Source: Polyangiaceae bacterium (lineage in GTDB: Bacteria; Myxococcota_A; Polyangia; Polyangiales; Polyangiaceae). Taken from it: a stretch of DNA of 64,000 nucleotides. This document shows, piece by piece, positions 27,067 to 37,583 of the stretch. The DNA lies in the NCBI GenBank assembly GCA_035063585.1, contig JAPSGB010000025.1, positions 1 to 64,000 of the forward strand, read 5' to 3'. The position numbers and the translations under genes were made by a program. Each line of letters opens with the position of its first letter. Position 1 is the first letter of the stretch. The notes under the pieces are model-generated. The model searched no databases. It was not told the DNA's origin and worked only from the letters and a program-made list of their open reading frames with translations.

Positions 27067-28776
27067 ATGACCGGCGAAGGAGCGGCAGCAGGCTGGGTCG
27101 CGACGCTCCCCGGCGCGCCGGGCGCCGAGGCTCGCGCGTTTGCCGCCGAGCTTCGCACCTCGATCACGGTCGCGGAGGTGCTGCTGCGCCGCGGGCTCAC
27201 CGAGCCAGCAGAGGTCCGCCGCTTCTTCGCGCCGAAGCTGGCGGAGCTGACGCCGCCGGACGAGATGGCCGGGCGCGCGGAGGCGGCGGAGCGGCTCGCG
27301 CGCGCGGTCGAGACTGGCGAGCGGGTGTGCGTGTTCGGTGACTACGACTGCGACGGCATCACCGCCGCCGCGATCCTGACCGGCATGCTGCGCTCGCTCG
27401 GCGGCGAGGCCACGCCGCTCCTCGCGAGTCGCTTCGGGGGCGGCTACGGCGTCACGGCCGAGGCCGTGGAGCGTATCCTCGGGACGGGCGCGACCTTGCT
27501 CGTCACCTGCGACTGCGGCTCGTCCGATCATGCCTCGCTCCGGGAGGTGCGCGCGCGAGGGGTCGACGTCATCGTCATCGATCATCACGTGGTGCCGGAC
27601 GAGCCGCTGCCCGCGCTCGCCTTCTTGAACCCGCACCGCCCCGAGTGCGGGTTTCCTTACAAGGGGCTCGCGTCGTGCGGCTTGGTGCTGTCGGTCGGTG
27701 CTGCGCTGCGCGCAAAGCTCGGTCGCGCGCTCGACCTGAAGTCGTGGCTCGACTTGGTCGCGCTCGGCACCATCGCGGACGTCGCGCCGCTCGACGGCGA
27801 CAACCGCGCCCTGGTGCGCGCCGGGCTCGGGGTGCTCGCCGAGGCGCGCCGTCCGGGAGTGCGCGCGCTCATCGAGCTCGCCAAGCTCGACGCCGGTCGG
27901 GCGCTCACCGCGGAGGACGTCGCGTTCCGCCTCGCGCCACGGATCAATGCGCCCGGACGCATGGGCTCACCCGATCTCGCGCTCGCCCTCCTGCTCGCCG
28001 GCTCGGACGTCGAGGCGCGCGGGCTCGCGGCGCGGATCGAGCAGCTCTCGGTGGAGCGCAAGACGGAGCAAGAGCGACTCATCGCCGAGGCCGAGGCTGA
28101 AATCGAGCGTGAAGGGTGGGGAAGCGAGCGCGCGATCGTGGTCGGTCACCACGGCTGGAATCACGGGCTCGTCGGGATCGTCGCCGGAAGGCTCGCCGAC
28201 CGCTACCGGAAGCCGGTGGCGGTGGTCGGCTTCGAAGGCGAGCGCGGACGCGGCTCGGTGCGTGCGCCGGCTGGCTCGCGCCTGGTCGACGTCCTCTCGA
28301 GCGTGTCGGACGTCCTGGTTCGGTACGGTGGTCATCAGGCCGCGGCCGGCTTCGAGGTGGAGACCGGGCGCTTCGCCGAGCTTCGCACGCGCTTCGCCGA
28401 GAGCGTCGAGAAGTGGTCGATGGGCTCGCCTTCGTCGAGCGCCTCCTCGCTCGGCGAGGTGACCCGGCTATGTCCGGAGGACGAGCTCACGCGGGTGGTC
28501 GAGGATCTCGAGCGGCTCGAACCCTGCGGGGAGGGGAACCCCGCGCCGCGGATCGCTCTCGAGGCGTCGCTGGTGTCTGCGCGTGCGGTCAAGGGCGGCC
28601 ACCTGAAGCTCGACCTCGCGGTGAGCGGCGGGCAGCGGCTCTCTGGCTTCGGGCCCTCGATGGGTGAGCGCGCCGAGTCGCTCGGCGGTCGCGTGCTGGT
28701 GGTCGGTCGCCTTGCGTGGAATGCCTGGCGCGGGGGTCGCTCGGTGGAAATCCGCGTCGACGCGATAGATGGGTAG
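27067..28776 (+). CDS. recJ: ssDNA-specific exonuclease RecJ
   Basis: GDYDCDG, VTCDCG, IDHH, LGTIADV, PRINAPGR, GGHQAAAG, LEPCGEGNP. Confidence 0.95.
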   Translation: MTGEGAAAGWVATLPGAPGAEARAFAAELRTSITVAEVLLRRGLTEPAEVRRFFAPKLAELTPPDEMAGRAEAAERLARAVETGERVCVFGDYDCDGITAAAILTGMLRSLGGEATPLLASRFGGGYGVTAEAVERILGTGATLLVTCDCGSSDHASLREVRARGVDVIVIDHHVVPDEPLPALAFLNPHRPECGFPYKGLASCGLVLSVGAALRAKLGRALDLKSWLDLVALGTIADVAPLDGDNRALVRAGLGVLAEARRPGVRALIELAKLDAGRALTAEDVAFRLAPRINAPGRMGSPDLALALLLAGSDVEARGLAARIEQLSVERKTEQERLIAEAEAEIEREGWGSERAIVVGHHGWNHGLVGIVAGRLADRYRKPVAVVGFEGERGRGSVRAPAGSRLVDVLSSVSDVLVRYGGHQAAAGFEVETGRFAELRTRFAESVEKWSMGSPSSSASSLGEVTRLCPEDELTRVVEDLERLEPCGEGNPAPRIALEASLVSARAVKGGHLKLDLAVSGGQRLSGFGPSMGERAESLGGRVLVVGRLAWNAWRGGRSVEIRVDAIDG

Positions 28777-28791
28777 TATCCTCCGCTCGAT

Positions 28792-29574
28792 ATGAGCGCG
28801 GAGCCTCTCATCGCCTTTCGCGGGGTAAAAAAGCGGTTTGGCTCCAAGGTCGTCTATCGCGATCTCGACCTCGACATCTACCGCGGTGAGGTCCTCACCA
28901 TCGTGGGCGGCTCCGGCGTCGGGAAGAGCGTGATGCTAAAGATGCTGATTGGGCTGCTCCGCCCCGACGCCGGGTCGATCGTGTTCGACGGTCGTGAGGT
29001 CACGACCATGGGTGAAGACGACCTCTCGCGAGTGCGCCAGCGGATCGCCATGCTCTTTCAGAGCGGCGCCCTCTTCGACTCGCTGAGCGTGGGTGAGAAC
29101 GTCGCTTATGGCCTCGAGGAGCACTCGGGCAACCAGATGAGCCGGAAGGACATCGCGGAGCGGGTGGCGTGGGCGCTCGGGCTGGTCGACCTCCCGGGGA
29201 TCGAGGAGATGCGTCCGTCCGATCTCTCGGGCGGGATGCGTAAGCGCGTCGGGCTCGCGCGAGCCATCGCGGTGCAGCCCGAGGTGCTGCTCTACGACGA
29301 GCCGACCACCGGCCTCGACCCGATCAACACCGCGCGCGTGAACCACCTCATCATCGGGCTCCAGCAGAAACTCAGCATCACCAGCGTGGTCGTCACCCAC
29401 GACATGAAGAGCGCGTTCACTATCAGTGACCGCCTCGCCATGGTGCACGGCGGCGTGATCATCAGCCAGGGAGAGGTCGAGAAGTTCCGTTCGGCGGACG
29501 ATCCCCGCGTAGCGGACTTCATCGAAGGGCGCGCGCCGGTGAAGGAGAGCGTCGAGGCGCTCCTGAACGGCTGA
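28792..29574 (+). CDS. mlaF: MlaF/Mkl-type ABC ATPase
   Basis: GGSGVGKS, LFQSGALFDS, LSGGMRKRVGLARAI, YDEPTTGLDP, VTHD. Confidence 0.9.
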   Translation: MSAEPLIAFRGVKKRFGSKVVYRDLDLDIYRGEVLTIVGGSGVGKSVMLKMLIGLLRPDAGSIVFDGREVTTMGEDDLSRVRQRIAMLFQSGALFDSLSVGENVAYGLEEHSGNQMSRKDIAERVAWALGLVDLPGIEEMRPSDLSGGMRKRVGLARAIAVQPEVLLYDEPTTGLDPINTARVNHLIIGLQQKLSITSVVVTHDMKSAFTISDRLAMVHGGVIISQGEVEKFRSADDPRVADFIEGRAPVKESVEALLNG

Positions 29575-29738
29575 GCCTGCCGCGGAGGGGTGGTGTCGGT
29601 TCGGCGCGGGCCAGGGCCGGGATGCCGGGCGTCGCGGTGGGCTCGGGGGCCGGGTGGCGTCCTCGCCCGCATCGCGCGAGCCGAGCCCACACGGCGCGGG
29701 CCGGCGCGGGCAAAGTGAGGTAAAACGGAGGCTCCTTC

Positions 29739-30890
29739 ATGGCGACCTCTCGCGACGTCAAGGTCGGATTCTTCGTGCTGCTCGGCTTGGTGGTGAGCGG
29801 CCTCGTCATCTTCATGATCGGCGATGAGCGCCGCATGTTCCAGTCGAAGGTCGAGTATCAGGCGGTCTTCAAGAACGTGCAGGGGTTGAAGCGCGGCTCA
29901 CCGGTGCGAATGGGCGGGGTCGACGTCGGGACGGTGAGCCAGGTCGGCTACGGGAAGGACGCCAACGATCCGAACCTCTACGTCACCTTCAGCATGGTCG
30001 AGGAGGACGCGCGGCGTCTCCGCGCCGACAGCGTGGCCGAGATTGGCGACAAGGGCCTGCTCGGAGACAAGATGATCGTGATCTCGCCGGGCTCGCCTGG
30101 CAAGCCGAGGCTCCCGGCGGGCGGCACCGTCCCGAGCAAGGAAGCCGACGACCTGTCGTCGATGATGTCCAAGGTCACTAACATTGGCAGCTCGGCCGAG
30201 CGCGTGATGGGGAACCTCGAGAAGACGACCGGGACGCTCGCGGACAAGGATTTCAATGACGGCGTCCGCTCGAGCGTGCGCTCGCTCAGCAGCGTGCTCG
30301 ACACGCTCGACACCGGGCAAGGCTATATCCCGCGTCTCCTCCGCGACGACAAAGAGGCGGACCGCCTCTCTCACACGATCCAGAGCCTCGACCGCGCGAC
30401 CGCCGAGCTCGATCGAACTTTGACCGGCATCAACGCCATCGTGGCGCGCGTGCAGCACGGACCGGGCTTCGCGCACGAGGTCATCTACGGCGAGAGCGGC
30501 TCGGCCACCCTCGCGCACTTCGGCGATGCGGCCGAAGAGCTCGCTCTCACGCTGCGCGGTGTCCGCGAGGGTAACGGCGTGGCCCGGAGCCTCATCTACG
30601 GCGACGATCAGTCGCAGCAAATCATGGGCAACCTGAACGCGGTGAGCCGAGATCTTCGTATCGTCATGGCGGACGTGCGCGCCGGCAAGGGCACCGTCGG
30701 CGCGCTCCTCGTGGATCCGTCGGTGTACGAGGACATCAAGGTTCTGCTCGGCAACGTCCAGCGAAACCAGGTCTTGCGCTCGCTGGTCCGCTACTCGATT
30801 CGGCGTGACGAGAAGCCGGGTGCCGGGGTCCACGACGCCACGCCGCCGCCCGGCGGCGGGAGCGCGTCCGCGCCCGGCGCCCAGCCCTGA
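29739..30890 (+). CDS. mlaD: MCE/MlaD family protein
   Basis: N-terminal TM (VKVGFFVL), GLKRGSPVRMGGVDVGTV, GLLGDK, helical C-terminus. Confidence 0.9.
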   Translation: MATSRDVKVGFFVLLGLVVSGLVIFMIGDERRMFQSKVEYQAVFKNVQGLKRGSPVRMGGVDVGTVSQVGYGKDANDPNLYVTFSMVEEDARRLRADSVAEIGDKGLLGDKMIVISPGSPGKPRLPAGGTVPSKEADDLSSMMSKVTNIGSSAERVMGNLEKTTGTLADKDFNDGVRSSVRSLSSVLDTLDTGQGYIPRLLRDDKEADRLSHTIQSLDRATAELDRTLTGINAIVARVQHGPGFAHEVIYGESGSATLAHFGDAAEELALTLRGVREGNGVARSLIYGDDQSQQIMGNLNAVSRDLRIVMADVRAGKGTVGALLVDPSVYEDIKVLLGNVQRNQVLRSLVRYSIRRDEKPGAGVHDATPPPGGGSASAPGAQP

Positions 30891-31044
30891 CTCGCGCCGG
30901 ACCGACCAACCCGGCAGCCTACACCAACGCTACCAACGCTCGCGGGGGCCGCGTGATTCCGCGGCCCATTCGCTACCATGGTCTCTCACCTTTCTTGACG
31001 ACGAAGTCCGGCGAACTCGAAGCTTACGTCCTATACTGGCCGAG

Positions 31045-34000
31045 ATGAAGGCACTGGAGCGCCTCGGTCGGGCACTCGTGGTTCTCGGGCTGTTCGCCCT
31101 GGCGTCGTTCTTCGCGCTGCGCTTCGGGACGGGTGGGCTGTGGCGCGGTCTCGAGGCGGCGCAGGCGGTCGCGGGCCCGGGCTCGCCCCGCGCTCCTTAT
31201 GACCTCACGCAACTCACCGCGGTCAACGAGACGCTGAAGACGATTCAGCAGAAGTACGTCGACCCGTCGCGCGTGAAGCCGCGGCAGATGTTCCTCTCGG
31301 CGCTGAACCAGGTCCAGAAGGAGGTCGCCCAGGTCATCGTGCTCCACGCGCCGAAGGCGCCCACCGTGACGGTGCGGGTCGACACCGAGGAGAAATCCTT
31401 CCGAGTCGACAACGTGCAGGGGCCGTGGGACGTCGCGGCGCGGCTCCGTGAGGTGTTCGCGTTCCTTCAGGCGAACCTGAAGGGCACCGAGGTCGACCTG
31501 AGAGACGTCGAGTACGCCGCCTGCAACGGCATGCTGAAGACGCTCGACCCGCACAGCGTGTTCATGAGCCCGGACGCTTACCGCGAGATGAACCTCTCCA
31601 CCTCCGGCCAGTTCGGCGGGCTCGGAATCGTCATCTCGATTCGCGATCAGCAGCTCACCATCATACGGCCCATGCCGGACACACCGGCCGGACGCGCCAG
31701 CCTCAAGCGGCTCGATCGAATCACGAAGATCAACAATGAGTCGACGCTCAACATGCCGCTCGACGACGCGGTCAAGCGGCTCCGCGGCGCGCCCGGCAGC
31801 AAGGTGACCATCTGGGTCCACCGTGACGCGCAGGGCGGCTGGGCGGGCTCGCGGCCCTTCGAGCTCACCCGCGAGGAGATCCACGTGAAGAGCGTGGACA
31901 GTCGCACGCTCACGCCCGGCATCGGCTACGTGCGTATCAAGCAGTTCCAGAGCAGCACCGCGGAGGAGCTCGGCGCGGCGCTCGCCGCGCTCCACAAGAG
32001 CGAGCGCCCACTCAAGGGGCTCGTCCTCGATTTGCGCGACAACCCGGGCGGCTTGCTCGATCAGGCGGCAAAAGTCGCCGACACCTTCATCGACCAGGGG
32101 GTCATCGTCTCGACGGTAGGCGCCTCCGAGGGCCGCGACGTCAAGATGGCCAAGGCGCCGGGCACGGAGCCGGACTACCCGATGGTCGTGCTCGCCAACG
32201 GCTCATCGGCGAGCGCGAGCGAGATCGTCGCCGGCGCGCTCAAGAACCACGACCGCGCCGTCGTGGTCGGGCAAACGACGTTCGGGAAAGGCTCGGTCCA
32301 GCTCGTCTTCCCGCGGGTCACTCCAGACGGCGCCGCGCTCAAGCTCACCATCGCGCAGTATCTCACGCCTGGGGACGTCTCGATTCAAGGCGTGGGCGTC
32401 CCGCCGGACATCGAGCTCGATCCGATGACGGCCGATACGCTCGAGATGGATATGTTCCGAAGCGAGCACCCGCTCCGCGAGCGCGACCTGTCGAAGAGCT
32501 TGTCTTATGGTGGCAAGCACAACACGGACACGCCGTTCTTCCGACTTCGCTACAACATGCCCGAGAAGGAGCGCGAGGAGCTCCGCGAGCTCGGCAGCGA
32601 GGTCGACGACGAGTTCCGGATGGATTTCCCGATCAGGTTCGCGCGTGATCTGGTCGCGAAGCTCACTCCCGGGAAGCGACAGGACGAGGTTCGCCAGGCG
32701 AAGCCCTTCCTCGACAGCGAGCAAGACGGGCAGGTCCGCTCGATCGCCGGCGATCTCTCGAAGCTCGGCATCGACTGGAGCGCGCCGCCCGCGGGAGCCG
32801 AAGGCGGGCCCGCCGCGAGTGATTACGAGGTCAAGGTCGAGACCGATCGCAAGAACGACACGGTGGTCGCCGGTGAGCCGATGACCTTGAAGGTTACCAT
32901 CAAGAACAAAGGCGCGAAGCCCATCTACCAGATGCGCGCGACGACCAAGAGCGACGGCAACTACTTCGACGAGAAGGAGCTGGTCTTTGGCAAGATCGGG
33001 CCGGGCGAGTCGAAGAGCGCCACGGCGCCGCTCGGCTGGTGCGAGGTCGACGGGCGCAAGCCGGGCTCCACGACGCCGGTGGCCGAGGACGCGAAGCGCG
33101 TATGCCGCATCCCGCTTGCGGCCGTCACCCGCCAGGACGTGGTGAAGGTGCGGTTCAGTGGCGAGGGGGGCGAGGCGCCGCCCGAGGTCGAGCTGCGCCC
33201 CACCGTCCAGAGCCTCCCGAGGCCCTCGTTCGCTTATACCTACCAGTTGGTCGACGATCACCCGGGCAACGGAGACGGCGCCCTCAGCCGCGGCGAGGGC
33301 GCGACGCTCTACCTGACGGTCAAGAACGTCGGCACCGGGCGCTCCTATGAGACGCAGGCGAACTTGCGCAACGTCACTGGCGACGGGCTCTTGCTCCGAA
33401 ATGGTCGCTTCGACGTCCCCAGCATGAACCCGGGCGACGTCCGTCAGGTCGCGTTCACCTTCGACGTTCTCGACGCGCTGCAGGACAACTTCGTGAAGCT
33501 GGAGATGAGCGTCGCCGATCGCGATCTGCGGGTGATCGCGGCAGAGAAGCTCAGCTTCCCGGTCACGCGCGGCGGGGTGTTCGTGAACCCCGCGTCCGGG
33601 CGGGTGATCGCCGAGGCCGGCGCGCCGGTGCGTGGCGAGCCGCTCGCGAGCGCGCGGGTCGTCGGTGAGCTGTCGAAGGCTGGCGTGTTCGAGCGGCTCG
33701 GCACCTTCGGCTCGTTTACCAAGGTTCGGCTCGATGGTCAGCGCTTCGGCTTCGTGGAGACCACGACCGTGAAGGACTCGCAGGCGCCCGCGAAGGGCTC
33801 GTTCTCGCCGCTGCTCACCCGCTCGCCTCCGCTCGTGGAGGTAAAGCCCGCGGCGCTCGCGACCCGCGAGGACCACATCCGCATCGAGGGGACCGCGACC
33901 GACAATGACCGCGTGCTCGACGGCTACGCGTTCGTGGGCGCGCACAAGGTATTTTACCAGTCGAACCGCAAGGGGAAGAGCTCGACGAACATGCCCTTCG

Positions 34001-34182
34001 CCTTCGACGCCAAGCTCGAGCCCGGGGTCAACGTGATCACGGTGATCGCGCGCGAGAGCGAGGATACCCAGACGAGCTATACGCTGGTGGTGCGTCGGGA
34101 CGGCCCGAAGGGCGAGGCGCTCGCCACACCGAAGGGCGCGCTCTTCGGTGAGGACTGGGAATTTGGCAGCGACGACGAATAG
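31045..34182 (+). CDS. Carboxy-terminal processing protease S41 (myxobacterial MXAN_5808-like large form)
   Basis: LDPHS, GGLGIVI PDZ, LDLRDNPGG, SASASEIVAG, TFGKGSVQ; C-terminal Ig-like domains. Confidence 0.9.
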   Translation: MKALERLGRALVVLGLFALASFFALRFGTGGLWRGLEAAQAVAGPGSPRAPYDLTQLTAVNETLKTIQQKYVDPSRVKPRQMFLSALNQVQKEVAQVIVLHAPKAPTVTVRVDTEEKSFRVDNVQGPWDVAARLREVFAFLQANLKGTEVDLRDVEYAACNGMLKTLDPHSVFMSPDAYREMNLSTSGQFGGLGIVISIRDQQLTIIRPMPDTPAGRASLKRLDRITKINNESTLNMPLDDAVKRLRGAPGSKVTIWVHRDAQGGWAGSRPFELTREEIHVKSVDSRTLTPGIGYVRIKQFQSSTAEELGAALAALHKSERPLKGLVLDLRDNPGGLLDQAAKVADTFIDQGVIVSTVGASEGRDVKMAKAPGTEPDYPMVVLANGSSASASEIVAGALKNHDRAVVVGQTTFGKGSVQLVFPRVTPDGAALKLTIAQYLTPGDVSIQGVGVPPDIELDPMTADTLEMDMFRSEHPLRERDLSKSLSYGGKHNTDTPFFRLRYNMPEKEREELRELGSEVDDEFRMDFPIRFARDLVAKLTPGKRQDEVRQAKPFLDSEQDGQVRSIAGDLSKLGIDWSAPPAGAEGGPAASDYEVKVETDRKNDTVVAGEPMTLKVTIKNKGAKPIYQMRATTKSDGNYFDEKELVFGKIGPGESKSATAPLGWCEVDGRKPGSTTPVAEDAKRVCRIPLAAVTRQDVVKVRFSGEGGEAPPEVELRPTVQSLPRPSFAYTYQLVDDHPGNGDGALSRGEGATLYLTVKNVGTGRSYETQANLRNVTGDGLLLRNGRFDVPSMNPGDVRQVAFTFDVLDALQDNFVKLEMSVADRDLRVIAAEKLSFPVTRGGVFVNPASGRVIAEAGAPVRGEPLASARVVGELSKAGVFERLGTFGSFTKVRLDGQRFGFVETTTVKDSQAPAKGSFSPLLTRSPPLVEVKPAALATREDHIRIEGTATDNDRVLDGYAFVGAHKVFYQSNRKGKSSTNMPFAFDAKLEPGVNVITVIARESEDTQTSYTLVVRRDGPKGEALATPKGALFGEDWEFGSDDE

Positions 34183-34926
34183 GTGAAAACGGGGATGGTC
34201 CGCCTTCACATCAACGTCGATCACGTCGCGACCGTGCGGAACGCGCGCGGCACCCGTTACCCGGATCCGGTGCTCGCGGCCGGCCTCGCCGAGCTCGCCG
34301 GCGCGGACGGGATCACCGCGCACCTCCGGGAGGATCGCCGGCACATCACCGACGATGACCTCTCACGGCTCCGCGCCAGCGTCACCACGCTCCTCAACCT
34401 CGAGATGGCGGCGACCGACGAGATGCTCGCGATCGCCGAGCGGGTTCGCCCGGACGTCATCACGCTGGTCCCCGAGCGACGCGAAGAGCGCACCACCGAG
34501 GGCGGGCTGGACGTCGCTGCGACGCGCGACAAGATCGCCAGGGCCGCCGAGACCTGCGCGCGGGTCGGCATCAAGCTGAGCCTCTTCATCGCCCCGAACG
34601 ATGCGGAAATCGAGCTCGCGCGCGAGCTCGGCGCACGGCAGGTGGAGCTTCACACCGGCGAGTACTGCGAGGCCTCCGGAGAGGAGCGGTGGCTCGAGCT
34701 CCGGCGGCTCCGTGCCGGCGCGGCGCTCGCCGCGAGCCTCAACCTCGACGTCGCCGCCGGGCACGGGCTCACTCGCGCAAACGTCGGCGACATCGTGGCG
34801 ATCCCCGCGGTCGCTGAGCTGAACATCGGCCACGCGGTGATCGCGGACGCCGTGATGATGGGGCTCGCCGAGGCCGTCCGCGGGTTCCGGGGCGCGCTCG
34901 AACGCGGGCTCCGCGCGCGGGGGTGA
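34183..34926 (+). CDS. pdxJ: Pyridoxine 5'-phosphate synthase
   Basis: [61 protein letters not shown]. Confidence 0.97.
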   Translation: MKTGMVRLHINVDHVATVRNARGTRYPDPVLAAGLAELAGADGITAHLREDRRHITDDDLSRLRASVTTLLNLEMAATDEMLAIAERVRPDVITLVPERREERTTEGGLDVAATRDKIARAAETCARVGIKLSLFIAPNDAEIELARELGARQVELHTGEYCEASGEERWLELRRLRAGAALAASLNLDVAAGHGLTRANVGDIVAIPAVAELNIGHAVIADAVMMGLAEAVRGFRGALERGLRARG

Positions 34927-34929
34927 GCG

Positions 34930-35313
34930 GTGATCGTCGGGCTCGGGATCGACGTCGCCGCCATCGACCGCTTCGAGCGCGCGCTCGAGCGTCACGGTTC
35001 GCGCTTCGCCGAGCGCATCCTGACGCCGCGTGAGCGTGACGAGCTCGCTGACCGCGCCGCCGATCGCGCGGCGGCCCTGGCGGGGCGATTTGCCGCCAAG
35101 GAGGCCCTCAGCAAGGCGCTCGGCGCGCCGCGCGACGTCTGGTGGCAAGACGTGGAGATTCGCCGCGGTCCCCTCGGCGTACCCACCTTGCACCTGCTCG
35201 GCGCGGCCATCCCGCACGCGCGCCGCCTGGGTGTCACGCGCAGTCTGGTGTCCATCACTCACGACGGCGGTGTCGCCGCGGCGGTGGTCGTCCTCGAGGG
35301 AGAGCCGTCGTGA
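34930..35313 (+). CDS. acpS: Holo-ACP synthase
   Basis: IVGLGIDV, RFAAKEA.SKALG, SITHD. Confidence 0.95.
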   Translation: MIVGLGIDVAAIDRFERALERHGSRFAERILTPRERDELADRAADRAAALAGRFAAKEALSKALGAPRDVWWQDVEIRRGPLGVPTLHLLGAAIPHARRLGVTRSLVSITHDGGVAAAVVVLEGEPS

Positions 35314-36824
35314 TCCCGGTCCTGTCGCGAGAGCAGATGCGGGCGTTCGATCGCCACGCGATGCTCGAGTGTCGGGTGCCGAGCGTGGTGCTGATGGAAA
35401 ACGCAGGGCGAGGCGCCGCCGACCTCATCGCGCGCGAGACGCCGCCCGGGCCCATCGTGGTCATGTGCGGCGCGGGAAACAACGGCGGGGACGGCTTCGT
35501 CGTCGCGCGGCGCCTCCGCACCCTCGGTCGGGATGCGCGCGTGCTGCTCGCGGTGGACTCCGCGAGGCTCACCGGCGACGCGCTCGTGAATTTTCACGCC
35601 TGGCGCGGCATCGGCGGGGAGACGCTCGAGCTCCGAGCCGGAGAGGAAGCGAGGCTCGAGGATTGCCTGGCTGGCGCGGCCGGCGTCGCGGACGGCCTGC
35701 TCGGCACCGGGCTCGATCGGGACGTCACCGGTTGGTTTCGCGAGCTCATCCTCCGTATCAACGCCGCGTCTGCGTTCCGAGCCGCGCTCGACCTCCCGTC
35801 GGGGCTCCACGCGGACACCGGCGCGGTCCTCGGCGCTGCGGTGCGCGCACACCTCACGGTGACGTTCGCGCACCCGAAGCTCGGGCTCTACACCACGAGC
35901 GGCGCCGAGCACGCCGGGCGCGTCGAGGTCGTGGACATCGGCGTGCCCGGCACCAGGATGGAAGCGTGCGCCGCGTATCTGAGCGAGCGCGCCGACGTGG
36001 CGCACGCGGTCGTCGCGCGCCCGGTGTCCGCGCACAAGTCCTCCGCGGGACGCGTGCTCGCCATCGCTGGCTCGGCGGGCAAGACGGGCGCTGCGCTCCT
36101 GGTCGCGCGGGGCGCGCTGCGCGCGGGAGCCGGGCTGGTCACCATCGCCACCTTCCCCGAGGTGCAGGGCGCGGTGGAGGCGCGCGCGCTCGAGGAGATG
36201 ACCGCGAGGATCGATCCGGTGAGCGTCGAGGCCTCTCTCGACGCGCTCCTCGAGGGGACCCATTCAGTCGCCATCGGGCCCGGGCTCGGGCTCGACGAGC
36301 GCGCGCGGCGCGTGACCGAGCACGTGGTGCTCCGGTGGGATGGCGTGAAGGTCGTCGACGCCGACGCGCTCACCCACTTCGCCGGTCGAGCCGGCGAGCT
36401 CGCGGGCGCCGCTGGGCGGCTCATCCTCACCCCTCACTCGGCGGAGCTCGGGCGGCTCCTCGATCGCTCGGCCGCAGAGGTCGAGGCGGATCGCTTCGGA
36501 GCGCTCGCGCGCGCGGTGGAGCTCACCCGGGCGGTGGTCCTGCTCAAGGGGCCGCGGACGCTGGTGGGCGCGCCCGGGAGGCTCCCGGTGGTGAACGCTA
36601 CCGGTGTGCCTGCGCTCGCCACCGGCGGCGCCGGCGACGTGCTCTCCGGGATGATCGCCGCGCTCGCGGTTCACGCGGAGCCGTTTGCGGCGGCGTGGTC
36701 CGGCGCGTACCTCCACGGTCGCGCCGGCGAGCGGTGGGGGAGCGTGACGCGAGCGGATCGCGGACTCGTCGCTCATGAGCTCGCCGACGCGCTCCCCGCG
36801 TGTCTTGGCGAGCTTCGCGCCTGA
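35310..36824 (+). CDS. nnr: Bifunctional NAD(P)H-hydrate epimerase/dehydratase
   Basis: LMENAG, CGAGNNGGDG, DGLLGTG, DLPSG, GAALL...ALRAGAGLV, GPGLG, DADAL, LTPHSAE, LATGGAGDVLSG. Confidence 0.93.
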   Translation: MIPVLSREQMRAFDRHAMLECRVPSVVLMENAGRGAADLIARETPPGPIVVMCGAGNNGGDGFVVARRLRTLGRDARVLLAVDSARLTGDALVNFHAWRGIGGETLELRAGEEARLEDCLAGAAGVADGLLGTGLDRDVTGWFRELILRINAASAFRAALDLPSGLHADTGAVLGAAVRAHLTVTFAHPKLGLYTTSGAEHAGRVEVVDIGVPGTRMEACAAYLSERADVAHAVVARPVSAHKSSAGRVLAIAGSAGKTGAALLVARGALRAGAGLVTIATFPEVQGAVEARALEEMTARIDPVSVEASLDALLEGTHSVAIGPGLGLDERARRVTEHVVLRWDGVKVVDADALTHFAGRAGELAGAAGRLILTPHSAELGRLLDRSAAEVEADRFGALARAVELTRAVVLLKGPRTLVGAPGRLPVVNATGVPALATGGAGDVLSGMIAALAVHAEPFAAAWSGAYLHGRAGERWGSVTRADRGLVAHELADALPACLGELRA

Positions 36825-36949
36825 CCGGATCGCGTCCGCGCGCCGCTCCGTCACTCGCGTGAGGCCGGGGCTGCCAGTTTGACACGCGGGGTGCGGCTCG
36901 CGGGACGCGCGAGAGCGGAGAACGCGGCAGTTTTCCCGCAATATGCCCT

Positions 36950-36965
36950 TGGCACATGGCTTGCG
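36950..36965 (+). promoter_or_regulatory. Sigma-54 (-24/-12) promoter upstream of the ECF sigma gene
   Basis: TGGCACATGGCTTGCG = GG-N10-GC; ~30 nt upstream of ATG 36994, which has a GGAGG SD. Confidence 0.7.
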
Positions 36966-36993
36966 AGAGGGCTTGGTCGGAGGACATTCCGAG

Positions 36994-37569
36994 ATGACCC
37001 TGGCGATGGCACGAACCGCGGAGAACCCTCGAACCGCACGCTCCCTGCGTGATGATCTCGACCTGGTGCTTCCGAGCCTGCGCGCCCGCGCGCTCAAGCT
37101 CTCGAAGAACCCTGTGGAGGCCGACGACTTGGTGCAAGATGCCGTCGAGCGCGCGCTGCGCTTCGAGGCGAGCTTCGAGCCGGGCACCAACCTGCGCGCG
37201 TGGTTGCAGCAGATCCTCTACAGCGTCTTCATCACGCGCTGCCGGCGCTCGCGGCGTGAGCGCCGCGCGCTCGACACGCTGTTGCGCGATCCGTGTGAGT
37301 GGACCCACCAGGATGGCGCTCCTCCCATGCAGGCGCTCTCCCGTCGGCTGAGCGGCGTTCTCGACGCTCTCCCGCCGCGCTTTGCCGAGGTCGTGCGGCT
37401 GGTGGACCTCGAGGGGCGCGCCTACAAGGACGCGGCCGCAGCGCTGTCGGTTCCGGTCGGGACGGTGATGAGCCGCCTGTTCCGCGGCCGGCGGCTGCTC
37501 GCGGCTGCCCTCACCGGCCCGGAGCGAGGCTCGCTCGCGCTCGAGTCTCGACTGCCGGAAGCCGCGTAA
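36994..37569 (+). CDS. ECF RNA polymerase sigma factor
   Basis: EADDLVQD, FEPGTNLRAWL (region 2); YKDAAAALSVPVGTVMSRLFRGR (region 4). Confidence 0.93.
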   Translation: MTLAMARTAENPRTARSLRDDLDLVLPSLRARALKLSKNPVEADDLVQDAVERALRFEASFEPGTNLRAWLQQILYSVFITRCRRSRRERRALDTLLRDPCEWTHQDGAPPMQALSRRLSGVLDALPPRFAEVVRLVDLEGRAYKDAAAALSVPVGTVMSRLFRGRRLLAAALTGPERGSLALESRLPEAA

Positions 37570-37583
37570 GGCCGGGCGCCTCG

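Noticed and set aside
29831..29854. Partial similarity of mlaD sequence (ccgcatgttccagtcgaaggtcga) to the 38-bp insert
   Set aside because: Only 10 contiguous matches, then mismatches and a gap, with no match over the last 15 bp; plausible by chance in TCGA-rich, high-GC DNA.
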